Virus record (IMG/VR): IMGVR_UViG_3300029983_000007
Location: 266,209-330,208 of that record
Direction: 5' to 3' (one strand)
DNA: 64,000 nucleotides
The notes below the pieces were generated by a model. That model was not told the origin of the DNA, made no database searches, and worked only from the letters and a program-made list of their open reading frames with translations. Positions 27,738-38,462 of this stretch are shown here, in pieces (within the stretch, counting starts at the first letter, position 1; every line of letters begins with the position of its first letter). The position numbers were made by a program, and so were the translations under genes.

Positions 27738-28047
27738 TTCTCGTAATCCATTAGAAAATGATTGGTTAGTTTTTAGTCCAATTGGAAAAGATGTAGAAGT
27801 GAGTTGGGTTATGACTCAAACTGAATTTGAAGATTGTATTATGATTAATGGATTACCTGATGCAATATGTTTTGATCATGACTTGGGTACAGGTAATGGT
27901 GATGGATATGAGTGTGCCAAATGGTTATGTAGATACTGTGACAACAAAAAATTAAAACTACCTTTATATGCTATGCAATCAGCTAATACAGTAGGAAGAG
28001 AAAATATTGATTGCTATTTAAAAAATTATATGAAACACTGCTATTAA
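27709..28047 (+). CDS. Cyclic-phosphate-processing receiver domain protein
   Basis: LWLDDSRNP, ICFDHDLG, GYECAKWL, QSANTVG motifs. Confidence 0.75.
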   Translation: MKKKLLWLDDSRNPLENDWLVFSPIGKDVEVSWVMTQTEFEDCIMINGLPDAICFDHDLGTGNGDGYECAKWLCRYCDNKKLKLPLYAMQSANTVGRENIDCYLKNYMKHCY

Positions 28048-28051
28048 TATT

Positions 28052-28249
28052 ATGAAAAACGAAAAAGAAAAAGAAATAAAGGATTTTGAAAAATGGAGAA
28101 TAAAAGAAGAATTAACTCTTCAAATTTTGATTGGATTAAATAAATCAATTGAAGATTTTAAATCTACTACAATTGAAGGATATAAACCAACAAATAAAGA
28201 TATAAATTCTGTTCTAAGTACAATTTTAAGCAAAAGGTTAAATAAATAA
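28052..28249 (+). CDS. Hypothetical protein
   Basis: 65-aa co-oriented ORF. Confidence 0.55.
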   Translation: MKNEKEKEIKDFEKWRIKEELTLQILIGLNKSIEDFKSTTIEGYKPTNKDINSVLSTILSKRLNK

Positions 28250-28283
28250 AAAAAGAGTTATGATTTAAATCATAACTCTTTTA
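28250..28283. terminator. Bidirectional terminator
   Basis: AAAAGAGTTATGATT/AATCATAACTCTTTT between convergent genes. Confidence 0.8.
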
Positions 28284-28286
28284 TTT

Positions 28287-29009
28287 TTATTTCTGAAATG
28301 ATGGTTTCAGCCACATTTTTGTGTGTTTAAAAATATAATCTCTTAATTCTGGAAATTCATTCAGCATCAAAATTGTTTTTAATGTATCATACTTAAAACA
28401 CTTTGTAAGTTCATCTTGAATTCTTTCATTAGAAACTACTTTCATTTTTGATTCATAATCATAATTTTTGATAGCGATTTCAATATCATCAGTCATTCTG
28501 AATCCTTTTGTGATACAAAAACGGACGCATCTCAAAATCCGTAGGCTGTCCTCATCAAATGTAAGTTCACATGGTCTTGGAGTTCTAAGAATTCCCATTT
28601 TTAAATCTTTCACACCATCAAACAAGTCAATCAAAGTACCATTCTCATCAACAGCCATAGCATTTAATGTGAAATCACGTCTTATTAAATCATCTTCTAG
28701 TGTACCAAGTTCTAAAATTGGACGTCTTGTACCTTCATAATAGCCAATTTCCTTTCTTGCCATTACAAAATCTGCTGTCAATCCTTCATGCTTATGTCCT
28801 TTTGGAAATTTTGCTTTGATAGTAAAACATCTTGGTGTTGAATTGTATATAGTGTAACCATTTTTACGTAGCCATAACTCCATATCCATAAATCCAGATT
28901 CAACTGATTGATTCATATCATCTAATACAAAAGTAAAGTCAATGTCTTTACAATCAACTCCTAAAATACGGTCACGAACCGCTCCTCCCACTTCATAAAT
29001 TTTTGGCAT
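28287..29009 (-). CDS. cca: tRNA nucleotidyltransferase/poly(A) polymerase catalytic half (class II)
   Basis: YEVGGAVRD, DIDF, DLIRRDFTLNAMA, EDSLRILR, SNERI; no HD domain. Confidence 0.85.
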   Translation of the reverse strand: MPKIYEVGGAVRDRILGVDCKDIDFTFVLDDMNQSVESGFMDMELWLRKNGYTIYNSTPRCFTIKAKFPKGHKHEGLTADFVMARKEIGYYEGTRRPILELGTLEDDLIRRDFTLNAMAVDENGTLIDLFDGVKDLKMGILRTPRPCELTFDEDSLRILRCVRFCITKGFRMTDDIEIAIKNYDYESKMKVVSNERIQDELTKCFKYDTLKTILMLNEFPELRDYIFKHTKMWLKPSFQK

Positions 29010-29081
29010 ATTTTTATTTTTATTTAATTCTCACAAAGATATGGAGAATAATTGATACTAGCAAATCTTTAAGTTAAAAAA

Positions 29082-29645
29082 TCAATCTATAGGTAATCCA
29101 CCAAAAGTCTTTTGAGCCCATACAGCTAATGAGTGTCTTTCGGAATCTGTGTAATTATTAACATGGTTGTGGTAGTAATTATAAGTTTTAACTTCCTCAG
29201 CATATCTTCTATCTTCTATTTCCGATTTTAAAGTACTGTTAACTTCTATACCTTTTATATTATTGTGATTGAGTAACGTTTCTAGTATTGAAGTTTTAAT
29301 ATCTTCTAACTTGTAATCCTTAATTACAGAACCTATTACAATAGGTAACCTCTTTGTATTATCCAATACTGAATTGAGTGTGTTTGGATCAGTAAACTTT
29401 AAATATACATAAGCCCCATACATATCAATATCTAAGTTATACATGTCAAATAGTATTACGTTCTTGGAACAATAATTACCATGACAAAGAAGAGAATGTA
29501 AACTAATATGATTCTCATGAAGACAATACCTATCATCTAGTGATAACTCTTTTAATACTTTCTCAAAATATTCAGGAGTAGTTTTCTTATCTTGAACTGC
29601 CTGATGGACAATTCCTGCATTAGGGTGATATTTGTAATCTCTCAT
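29082..29645 (-). CDS. Hypothetical protein
   Basis: 187-aa ORF. Confidence 0.7.
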   Translation of the reverse strand: MRDYKYHPNAGIVHQAVQDKKTTPEYFEKVLKELSLDDRYCLHENHISLHSLLCHGNYCSKNVILFDMYNLDIDMYGAYVYLKFTDPNTLNSVLDNTKRLPIVIGSVIKDYKLEDIKTSILETLLNHNNIKGIEVNSTLKSEIEDRRYAEEVKTYNYYHNHVNNYTDSERHSLAVWAQKTFGGLPID

Positions 29646-29650
29646 GATTT

Positions 29651-30289
29651 TTATTTTTTATATTTTTTAAACCACATACTGTAAATCGAATATATATACA
29701 CACTTAGAAGAAACAAAATAAACACACCTAGTATAATACAAATACTAGTAAAATCTACATTATGATTATTTATATTTGAATTATAAATTATCATAATAAC
29801 TTTAATTGACATTGAAATAAGATACATATACATAGCTGATACTGCTATTGTACCGAAAATTTTAAAAAATTTAATGTTCATATCTTTTTTTATTTATATG
29901 TTTATCTTCTATTTTATCAGCGAATTCATTAATATCTTCTGATAATGCTATTAATAAGAAGCCTATTAATATAACACAAGTAAAAATACCAATGAAGCCT
30001 ATTAATAAAGCTAATAATCTCAATAATGTTATTATGAATCTCATATTATTTTTTTTTATTTTTTTAATATCTTATATGAAAAAATTAATATTATAATAAT
30101 TAAAAAAAGAGTGATAATTGTTCCTATTCCAAAAAAAATATAATTCTCTATACATTTATTTAATGAATAATAATTAACATCATATAGATAATGTGTCATT
30201 TTAATTCCATCAATTATATAATATAACATGTATCCGTATCCAATCAATAACAAAAAATTAAAAACTATATTAAAAATTTTTTTCACCAT
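29651..30289 (-). other. Run of small membrane-protein ORFs (29651-29881, 30056-30289, plus a <60-aa ORF between)
   Basis: Two-TM hydrophobic ORFs in a co-oriented run. Confidence 0.55.
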
Positions 30290-30297
30290 AATATTAT

Positions 30298-30570
30298 TTA
30301 TAGTTTAAATACATAACCTTCTGGAAACTTCTTTCTACATTCTGAACCAACTCCCATAACCCATGCATTATCATAAGTTTCTTTATCATCTGCTTTATAC
30401 ATTCCACCACCAAATATTGAATTGATGAAATATTTTGGCTCTTTTAATATTCTACCGCAACATGGACAATGATCCATATTCATACTATCTGCTTTATCAG
30501 CATTAGAATAATATAAATCAAGATTCTCAATTGTAGGAATACTAATAATATCTTCAGGTTCTTTATTCAT
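30298..30570 (-). CDS. Small Zn-binding-like protein
   Basis: HCPCCGR ... GSECRKK. Confidence 0.65.
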   Translation of the reverse strand: MNKEPEDIISIPTIENLDLYYSNADKADSMNMDHCPCCGRILKEPKYFINSIFGGGMYKADDKETYDNAWVMGVGSECRKKFPEGYVFKL

Positions 30571-30662
30571 ATAGTTGATTATTTATAATTACAATACAAA
30601 GGTATATAAAAAGCCTTGAATAAAAAATATTCAAGACTTTATTTAATATATTTTAATACTAA

Positions 30663-31601
30663 TTAGAAAAAATTGGAAGCGTCAACATATTTGAATCCAC
30701 ATCTTTTAGCGAATGTTTTATCACTTGTCAAATCTCCAACCATTGTACATTGTGATGAGTCAAGTTTATATTTTTCAATAAAATCTACACCTAATCCTAC
30801 ACCTGGTTTTCTACAATAACAAATTATTGGAGGTACTGAATGTCCACAATATTTATAATCAATATTAACTCCTAACATTTCATTTGTTTTTTCAAAACAA
30901 GCTATTGCAGTTTCATGAGTTAATAAGCCTTTTGCTATACCGCTTTGATTTGAAACCCCTAGTAGTATATAACCTTGTTTCTGTAATTCTAAAAGTTTTT
31001 CTGTTCTACCAGGAATAATTTCTATATCATTCACATCAGTAGGGAAATGTCCTCCACTTTTAGTTACTCTTAAAGTACCGTCATAATCAAATAAAATAGC
31101 TTTATTTGTATATTCTGATGGTTTACGTTTAAAATCAATTTTTTCTATATCATCAATTCCTTCTGATAGTTCTGGTGCTTCAAAATGTTTATTAATTTTA
31201 TAAAGTGCTGCAACAGGAAACATATGTGGATCATTAACTTTAGAATAATCACTTAAATTTGTAAACAACCTACCTTGAGTTTTTATCATTCTGGTAACAG
31301 CATTGAACATACAATCTTCAATTTTTGTTGTGAAATAAAGACACAATACATAGTAGCCATATTTTTTTGCTAATGCAATAGCATCAGCCCTAGATAACTT
31401 AGTAGAATATGTACCATCTAAGATAATATCTACTCCATCTATCATCAAGTTTTCAAGTTTTTTGTTGAGTGAACTTAATGTACCACCTTCAATATCTCTT
31501 GAAAGTAATGTACACTTATAATCAACCCATTTTTCAACAATACTTGATTTTCCTGCTGCTGGTAATCCACAAGTTATAACTAATTTTTTATCTTTTATCA
31601 T
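30663..31601 (-). CDS. Polynucleotide kinase/3'-phosphatase-like (P-loop kinase + HAD)
   Basis: TCGLPAAGKS P-loop; LFDYDGTL, SNQSG, CRKPG, MVGD HAD-IIIA motifs. Confidence 0.85.
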   Translation of the reverse strand: MIKDKKLVITCGLPAAGKSSIVEKWVDYKCTLLSRDIEGGTLSSLNKKLENLMIDGVDIILDGTYSTKLSRADAIALAKKYGYYVLCLYFTTKIEDCMFNAVTRMIKTQGRLFTNLSDYSKVNDPHMFPVAALYKINKHFEAPELSEGIDDIEKIDFKRKPSEYTNKAILFDYDGTLRVTKSGGHFPTDVNDIEIIPGRTEKLLELQKQGYILLGVSNQSGIAKGLLTHETAIACFEKTNEMLGVNIDYKYCGHSVPPIICYCRKPGVGLGVDFIEKYKLDSSQCTMVGDLTSDKTFAKRCGFKYVDASNFF

Positions 31602-31932
31602 TTTTTGATATTTTTTTTATAAAATCACAATATTCTAACCACATCACACTTGAAACATCAGTAGAATATCCTATATCCTTATATGACTTTATAAATAATT
31701 CTTCAGTTATTTTGTCAGAAATTTCGTTTTTATATATAATATTAGTTGTTAATCTATCAAGATGCTCCCTGGCATATGATAATATTCTTTGTTTTACGAA
31801 TTTACTTTTTTGTTCTTGTAATTCTTCTTCTGTTTCTAAAATTTCAGTCTTAGTTGTTTTTGAAGTATGGCCTTCATATGTTTTCATGTCACCTCCCCAG
31901 TGTTCAATCAACATTTTACCAAATGCACCCAT
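31588..31932 (-). CDS. Hypothetical protein
   Basis: 114-aa ORF coupled to PNKP-like gene. Confidence 0.65.
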   Translation of the reverse strand: MGAFGKMLIEHWGGDMKTYEGHTSKTTKTEILETEEELQEQKSKFVKQRILSYAREHLDRLTTNIIYKNEISDKITEELFIKSYKDIGYSTDVSSVMWLEYCDFIKKISKNDKR

Positions 31933-31944
31933 ATTTATTACTAT

Positions 31945-33156
31945 TTAATATCTATAATTATTCCATTTATCATTTTCATCTACAATTTTTCCATTGTTAT
32001 CATAATAATAGTTATTAATAATTACATAAGTAGATAATCCTAATGATACTATAAGTATAATAATAAATAACCAAATTTGCTGTGTTCCACTTAAATCTAC
32101 ATCAATATAATCAAAATCTTTAAATTGCTTTCTTTGCCAGTATTTTGGTATATTGCTTTCTGTCCAATTTGCTAATTCTTCTAGATTTAATTTATCTTTA
32201 CCATTATAGTAACTTCTAAAATTAACTTCAAATGTTGGTTTATCACTCCATGAGAATGCATCTACCCACTGTAGTTTTTTTGATACTGAGTCCATACCAA
32301 AACATAATATGAGTTCATTCTTATTACCACCTAACCAATAGCTTTGTTGTTCTTTTACTATTGAACGAGATTTATTATAATAAAACATTAAAAATACTCT
32401 TATCTGATTTCTTGGACCATAATAGCCATTGATATATTGCCAAGATTTCAATTCTTTTAATGTTGGTTTATAACCTAAAAAAGGAGATTGCTCAGTTGTA
32501 CTGCTTCCTGAAAACATACCACTATCACCATCATTATTTGAATATAATTTTGGATAATCATATAATCCATCTATTTTTGCATCCTCTTTAGAAATTTTTG
32601 AAAATCCAAATATAGAATATGAACTATTTATTTTATTCGTGTATGTATGTTCAGTTGTTATTGTTTTTGAACTATAAATATTATTGTCCCATTTGATATT
32701 ATACATATTACCATCATGATTATAAAAATCTCTGTTCATATCTACAAATATTTTTTGAGCATTCCAAGATTTCAACAATCTATAATATTCATTTTTTGAG
32801 ATTTCTTGCTCTTTACCATTTGATAATACTTGTGACCAATGTTCAGGATGATCGTCTCTATGAGAACAATCATATGATTCACTGTGAGATTTACCATTAC
32901 CATCATCTACTGTTCTTGAACAAGTTTCTGTAATCCATTCATCCCAAAATTCATAATAATGTGCCTCAGTAACATAGTTACCAAAATACTCAGTTGCTTG
33001 TGTCTTACTATGAATCATTATAGTACTAATAAGTAAAGTTAGTAATATAGATGGTACAATAACAATGAGATATTCCCACCAAACAACTTTTGTTCTGAAA
33101 AAAATAAAAATTAAGATAGCAATTAAAATTGGAATGAAATAAATGAATGTTGTCAT
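31945..33156 (-). CDS. Membrane protein with large extracytoplasmic domain
   Basis: Two N-terminal TM helices and one C-terminal TM helix, 403 aa. Confidence 0.8.
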   Translation of the reverse strand: MTTFIYFIPILIAILIFIFFRTKVVWWEYLIVIVPSILLTLLISTIMIHSKTQATEYFGNYVTEAHYYEFWDEWITETCSRTVDDGNGKSHSESYDCSHRDDHPEHWSQVLSNGKEQEISKNEYYRLLKSWNAQKIFVDMNRDFYNHDGNMYNIKWDNNIYSSKTITTEHTYTNKINSSYSIFGFSKISKEDAKIDGLYDYPKLYSNNDGDSGMFSGSSTTEQSPFLGYKPTLKELKSWQYINGYYGPRNQIRVFLMFYYNKSRSIVKEQQSYWLGGNKNELILCFGMDSVSKKLQWVDAFSWSDKPTFEVNFRSYYNGKDKLNLEELANWTESNIPKYWQRKQFKDFDYIDVDLSGTQQIWLFIIILIVSLGLSTYVIINNYYYDNNGKIVDENDKWNNYRY

Positions 33157-33180
33157 AATTTTAAAATTTTAGTTTTTAAA

Positions 33181-33600
33181 TTAAATATATTTATTTTTAT
33201 GTTCTGAATAATATTTTTTCAATTCTTCAAAAGATTTCATATCTTTGTGAATAACACATCTTTTATAAGATTGTAATTCTGATAAAGAAAAATCGGAGAA
33301 TTCATTATTTGGTATAAATTCATATTCATTATTCTCATTTAATTTCAAATACTTCTCTAAATATTCATCTCCATCCATAAACCAATGATCAACAGATGAT
33401 GAAAAACTAACACTTGAAATATTATATTTTTCTTTTTCTTCTCCATCAAATACAATTTTACAGAAATCGTACCAGTCAATCAAAGGATTACCAGTATCAA
33501 ATCTCATTTCTTTCTTATCACCATAATATAGAATAAGAGCCACATATGATGATTGTAATGAATCATCATAATCTACAGTTAAAAATCCAGAGTTATCCAT
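33181..33600 (-). CDS. Hypothetical acidic protein
   Basis: ORF behind TATCTTTG element at 33625-33632. Confidence 0.7.
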   Translation of the reverse strand: MDNSGFLTVDYDDSLQSSYVALILYYGDKKEMRFDTGNPLIDWYDFCKIVFDGEEKEKYNISSVSFSSSVDHWFMDGDEYLEKYLKLNENNEYEFIPNNEFSDFSLSELQSYKRCVIHKDMKSFEELKKYYSEHKNKYI

Positions 33601-33634
33601 ATTGATTGAGTTTTAAATTGTGTACAAAGATAAT

Positions 33635-33673
33635 AAAAAAAAGTCACTTATATACAAATAAGTGACTTTTTTT
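33635..33673. terminator. Intrinsic terminator
   Basis: AAAAAAAGTCACTTAT/ATAAGTGACTTTTTT. Confidence 0.75.
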
Positions 33674-33691
33674 AAATAAATTTAATTTTTA

Positions 33692-34231
33692 TTATAGAGA
33701 AATCTCATTATCATCTACTCGAGTCTTCATTACTTCTTTTGTTACTGAGCAAGAAATTGGAACATATACAAATTGTTTAGAATTTTCTTTTGTTACAAAC
33801 CATTTTGCTGGTATTTGAGTTATATATGTATCATAATCACGTTTCATATCAATCATTCTTTTTTGCTGATTAGCGAAGTTTGTACGTTGAATTTCAATAC
33901 TATTCATTAAAGTTACATAGAGAGTATTATCAAATTTAGGATTAGATTCTTGAATCCATTTCATTAATGTACCATCACCTTTTGAATAACGTCCACCAAT
34001 CATATCAGTATAAATTTTATCAAAATTGTCTGCATATGCTGCAGGAACTTTTGCTTGATCTTTAAGAATTGTCCACATTTCATTATGAACTGCTTCAATG
34101 TTACCGTTCTGCGCTCCACAAGCTTTGTACTTTTGAATTGCATTGTTATTTACTGATACATAAGTAAAAAATACTGAAATTGCTAACAGTGCAACAATTC
34201 CTACAACAGTGAGAATAATAATTTTTTTCAT
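33692..34231 (-). CDS. LemA-like membrane-anchored protein
   Basis: N-terminal TM helix, helical body, YITQIPAKWF near C-terminus. Confidence 0.55.
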   Translation of the reverse strand: MKKIIILTVVGIVALLAISVFFTYVSVNNNAIQKYKACGAQNGNIEAVHNEMWTILKDQAKVPAAYADNFDKIYTDMIGGRYSKGDGTLMKWIQESNPKFDNTLYVTLMNSIEIQRTNFANQQKRMIDMKRDYDTYITQIPAKWFVTKENSKQFVYVPISCSVTKEVMKTRVDDNEISL

Positions 34232-34407
34232 TTTTTTAAAAAATTTTTAATTGTTTTTATTAATATTTATTTGCATTTAGAATTAAAAAGTTCTGATATA
34301 ATTATTTTATTTTACATTTTATTGTTTTTAAATTATATGCAAAGATAATTATAATTATTTATATAAAAAATTATATTTACAATATTTAACAAAAAATGTT
34401 ATAATAT

Positions 34408-35085
34408 TTATTTTATAAATCCAAGTAGTTCTATTAAAAATTCATCTTTACCTTTAATTAATTGAATTGTAGATTCTTTTGCAAAATTTCCTTCATATCC
34501 TACGTTATTACGTCCAAAATTTTCATTTTCAATTAATAATGGTAGAATTTCTATTTTAGTTCCAATCCAGAATTCTTTAGTAATTTCAATTTCATTAAGA
34601 TATTCTTTAGTTGGAAATTCAGTAGTAGGAATCAACATCTTTCTCAAACTTCTCATTTTAGAATCCCATGATATATCTGCTTTATTATATGTTATTTTTT
34701 TCCATTCATTATTACATTCATTACATTTATTAATTTCAACTGTATCTATACTACCACTAATTGATGAAGAAGATATGAAATTAGGTAAATTTGTTGATGA
34801 TGATGAAGCTTCAATATTACCTTTCAATTGACATATTTTATCAACCACTTTATTGGATTTACATTTTGGACATGTTTCATTTTCGTGCTTGACTCTTTTA
34901 TTTTCTTGAATTTCATAATTTGTTTTTTCTTCAAATATTTTATCATTTAAACGCTCACTTTCTATTAAATAAAGTGCATGTAATCTATCATCTTCAAGTT
35001 TTTTAGAAATCTCTTCCTGTTTAACTATATCAGATTTAATTCTATCACGTTCTTTACGTGCACTACTTTTTAAAAAATTCCACAT
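34408..35085 (-). CDS. Coiled-coil plus Zn-ribbon protein
   Basis: CPKCKS ... CNECNNEW. Confidence 0.7.
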   Translation of the reverse strand: MWNFLKSSARKERDRIKSDIVKQEEISKKLEDDRLHALYLIESERLNDKIFEEKTNYEIQENKRVKHENETCPKCKSNKVVDKICQLKGNIEASSSSTNLPNFISSSSISGSIDTVEINKCNECNNEWKKITYNKADISWDSKMRSLRKMLIPTTEFPTKEYLNEIEITKEFWIGTKIEILPLLIENENFGRNNVGYEGNFAKESTIQLIKGKDEFLIELLGFIK

Positions 35086-35108
35086 AGTATTTAATTTTTA
35101 GGTTATTT

Positions 35109-35738
35109 TTATACATCAAATCCATTTATATGAGTATTATTAATCAAGAAATCATCAATTTTTTTCATATTTTTAAGTGGATAAATTACAACATCATATT
35201 CAACTCCAACCACGTTATTCTTTTTTCCTATTTTATATCTTTTATATTGTATTTCAAGTCCTGACATTTCTTTTTCTAAATCTTCTATTGAATAATCAGT
35301 AGATAAAAAATGAACAACATATAATTTAGAATGATGAAAAGTATCAAATATTTTCTCAAACTTAAATAATACAATCATAACTATTAGCACAACTAATAGA
35401 ACGAATAGAGCTAATGAATAATGTTGATATCCTATGCACATACCTATTGCTGATGCCATCCAAATGATAGCGGCAGAAGTTATACCACGAACATTTCCTC
35501 CTTCTTTAAAAACAACCCCAGCACCAATGAAGCCAATTCCTGTTACAATATTTGAAGCTATTCTATCGCCACTAATCAAATTAACTGATAGTATAGTAAA
35601 CAAGCATGAACTAACGCAAATCAATATCATTGTTTTGAAACCTGCAGGTTTACCATGAAATCCTCTTTCTATTCCTAATATAGATCCAGCAGCTAATGAT
35701 GCTAATATTTGTATTATATTTTCGTATTCTGGTAGCAT
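35109..35738 (-). CDS. MgtC/SapB family membrane protein
   Basis: LGIERGFHGKPAGFKT, RIASNIVTGIGFIGAG, GITSAAIIW. Confidence 0.9.
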   Translation of the reverse strand: MLPEYENIIQILASLAAGSILGIERGFHGKPAGFKTMILICVSSCLFTILSVNLISGDRIASNIVTGIGFIGAGVVFKEGGNVRGITSAAIIWMASAIGMCIGYQHYSLALFVLLVVLIVMIVLFKFEKIFDTFHHSKLYVVHFLSTDYSIEDLEKEMSGLEIQYKRYKIGKKNNVVGVEYDVVIYPLKNMKKIDDFLINNTHINGFDV

Positions 35739-35741
35739 ATT

Positions 35742-35951
35742 TTATTTTTTTTCTAAAAAATTACAACATTTTTCTTTAGCATCTTTAATATTACCTTCTC
35801 TTGAACTAAAATATCCTACTGTTGGTATAGCAAAACCGACATATCTTTTACAAAGAGCAGAATGAAAACAAACCGCACCACAATAGTACATTTTGTTTTC
35901 TTTCTTTATATCCTTTTTTTTATTACCAAACAACATTTCAAATAAGTTCAT
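35742..35951 (-). CDS. Hypothetical protein
   Basis: 69-aa Cys-containing ORF. Confidence 0.55.
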   Translation of the reverse strand: MNLFEMLFGNKKKDIKKENKMYYCGAVCFHSALCKRYVGFAIPTVGYFSSREGNIKDAKEKCCNFLEKK

Positions 35952-36220
35952 ATTTTATTGAATTGAATAATACTTTTATGATTTAGGCGTACATATTTTA
36001 TTTTCTACTTCTTTTCTTGATTGAATTGCTTTATAAATAAAATCTGTATTTATAAAATCTGTATTGAACACATCAAATACTTTTTTATAATAGTCTGATA
36101 ATAATAATTTATTGTTTTTTTCTTCAGTCTTTTGCATATCATTTTTAATTATGATGCAAAACTACTATTTTTTTTACTGTGTTCCAAAAAATAAAATACT
36201 ATTTATATTTTTTTCACAAC

Positions 36221-36745
36221 TTAATTATATTTATTAATGTTTTTTTCAGATATATAATCATAAACATGTCCAATATTTTTCAATTTATATAGCCAATCAT
36301 ATCCATCAAAGTACATTTTTTCTATTATGACATTCTTTTTATCATAATTGAATTTAACTTCATTACTATATTTTGGATAAGTTTTTGGTTTTTCAGGTTT
36401 GATAATTTCGAAATGGGATTTGATTATTTCATCTGTGACATCATTTGTTTTATATAATTTTTTTATTTTACCTCCTAAAATTTCATAAGGAATTTTACAT
36501 TTCGCATAAAGCTCATTTATATCAAATTTTTCTCCTACAAAAACAGTTTTCCACAAACGTTTATTCCAACCAATGCTATTAGGAGCATCGCTATAACAAT
36601 TAAACTTTGAGTCAATCATTCCTTCAAAATCTTCTGCCCAAAGTTTACTTTTTAATGCATAATCATAAACTATCGCAACTTCTCTGAAATGTTCAGCAAA
36701 TTTCTCAATAAAATATATCTTATAATCTACAACTTTGAATTCCAT
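36221..36745 (-). CDS. Hypothetical protein
   Basis: 174-aa ORF behind TATTTTTG element. Confidence 0.7.
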   Translation of the reverse strand: MEFKVVDYKIYFIEKFAEHFREVAIVYDYALKSKLWAEDFEGMIDSKFNCYSDAPNSIGWNKRLWKTVFVGEKFDINELYAKCKIPYEILGGKIKKLYKTNDVTDEIIKSHFEIIKPEKPKTYPKYSNEVKFNYDKKNVIIEKMYFDGYDWLYKLKNIGHVYDYISEKNINKYN

Positions 36746-36818
36746 AATTTTACTTTTTTAAATATTGTCCACAAAAATACAACAATTATTTCAATTGAAG
36801 AATTTAATTAAGTTTTTT

Positions 36819-36827
36819 TAATATATA
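36819..36827 (+). promoter_or_regulatory. TAATATATA putative late promoter
   Basis: Directly upstream of the first dual-tag gene of cluster. Confidence 0.55.
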
Positions 36828-36831
36828 AAGT

Positions 36832-37155
36832 ATGAAATATATAAAGAAATTTGAAAATACTGAAGATAAACCAAAAGTTGGTGATTATGTATTGATATCA
36901 ATTGATAATGATGAAGAAAATGATTTTTACTCTAATAATCCAGGACAAATTATTAAATTTTTTACTCTACAAAAATATAGGTTTACAGTTATGATATCAT
37001 ATGGTAAAAACATTCCTGATAACATGAAAAATATATTATTACTTAATAAAAGATGTGGTTATTATAAAATTTTTGACTATGAAGATATCTTCATATTTTC
37101 TAAAAATAAAGAAGATTTAAAACTAAAAATAGCATCAAATAAATTTAACTTATGA
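36832..37155 (+). CDS. Dual-tag GDYV protein (close paralog of 37466 and 37786)
   Basis: PKVGDYVL, NNPGQIIKFF, ASNKFNL. Confidence 0.85.
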   Translation: MKYIKKFENTEDKPKVGDYVLISIDNDEENDFYSNNPGQIIKFFTLQKYRFTVMISYGKNIPDNMKNILLLNKRCGYYKIFDYEDIFIFSKNKEDLKLKIASNKFNL

Positions 37156-37469
37156 AATATATAAAATCATTTGAAAAAATAAATAATACAATTCATTATA
37201 AAATTCCAGCATATCCGTTAGAAGTATATTTTATTGCAATAACTAAAATTGGTATGACACAAGATGAAATATCTCATTGGATTAATAATAAATACGCTCA
37301 ATATTGGAATAACTCACATTTTAAATTTATATATTTAAATAACACATACAATGATTATACTAAAAAATATCAATGGAGTTGGACAAATAACATAAATAAA
37401 GCAAATGAGACTGTAATAGAAATAACTGTTGAAGATTATGAAATTGATGCAAACAAATTTAACATATGA
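37152..37469 (+). CDS. Dual-tag protein (paralog of 1660-1998)
   Basis: MKYIKSFE ... EIDANKFNI. Confidence 0.85.
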   Translation: MKYIKSFEKINNTIHYKIPAYPLEVYFIAITKIGMTQDEISHWINNKYAQYWNNSHFKFIYLNNTYNDYTKKYQWSWTNNINKANETVIEITVEDYEIDANKFNI

Positions 37470-37789
37470 AATACATTAAGAAATTTGAAATGATTGAAGA
37501 TAGCCCAAAAGTTGGAGATTATGTCTTAATGAATATTAGTTATGATAAAAATTCAGATTTTTATCTTAATTATCCAGGTAAAATAATTAAATTTTTTACA
37601 ATAGGAAAATATCGTCAAGGTGTAAATATATCATATGGAGATAATATTCCTGATAATATGACAGAAATATTAGGGTATACAAAAAAACATGGATATTATA
37701 AAAATTTTCAATATAAAGAGATATATGCATTTTCAAAAAATAAAGAAGATTTAAAAATTAAAATAAGCGCAAATAAATTCAATATATGA
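37466..37789 (+). CDS. Dual-tag GDYV protein
   Basis: PKVGDYVL, NYPGKIIKFF, SANKFNI. Confidence 0.85.
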   Translation: MKYIKKFEMIEDSPKVGDYVLMNISYDKNSDFYLNYPGKIIKFFTIGKYRQGVNISYGDNIPDNMTEILGYTKKHGYYKNFQYKEIYAFSKNKEDLKIKISANKFNI

Positions 37790-38154
37790 AATACTTGAAA
37801 AAATTTGAAGATAATATAAATGAGCCTGAAGTTGGAGATTATGTATCTATAATAGGTAAAAAATTTATTAATCATTTAAGAAGATACTATGATGATAAAG
37901 ATATTGTTAATTTGAAAAAATATCTTCTTAATTTTCCTGGAAAAATTCATAGTACCTTTAATGATAAAAGAATAGGTGTGACATATGGTTTTGATGTTCC
38001 AGAAGATGTAAAAAAATTTTTACAATATGATAAACCTTATGGAGGTTACAATAAAATATTTAATTATGAAGATATAAATGCATTTGGAAAAACAATAGAA
38101 GAATTAAAATATAAAATAGAACTTAAAAATAACATTAACAAATTTAATATATGA
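37786..38154 (+). CDS. Dual-tag GDYV protein
   Basis: PEVGDYV, NFPGKI, INKFNI. Confidence 0.85.
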   Translation: MKYLKKFEDNINEPEVGDYVSIIGKKFINHLRRYYDDKDIVNLKKYLLNFPGKIHSTFNDKRIGVTYGFDVPEDVKKFLQYDKPYGGYNKIFNYEDINAFGKTIEELKYKIELKNNINKFNI

Positions 38155-38462
38155 AATACATAAAATCATTCAAAAATAAAAATTTAGAATATGAGGTAGG
38201 AGATTGTGTTAAAATAAAAATAATTCCTGATTATGTAAGTCATATAGAAAGAATTGAAGATAATTTATTTGTAAAAATAATAGAAATGAATTTTTTGACG
38301 AATCATAATAATAGTGATATTGATAATATATTTATTGTGTTTGAAACATTAATCACTAAACAAAAAATATCTGGTAATATATATTTCATTTCTAAAAAAA
38401 TGACTGAATCAGAAATAGATTATTGTAAGATTAAATCAGAAACAAATAAATTCAACTTATGA
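38151..38462 (+). CDS. Dual-tag protein
   Basis: MKYIKSFK, VGDCV, TNKFNL. Confidence 0.8.
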   Translation: MKYIKSFKNKNLEYEVGDCVKIKIIPDYVSHIERIEDNLFVKIIEMNFLTNHNNSDIDNIFIVFETLITKQKISGNIYFISKKMTESEIDYCKIKSETNKFNL

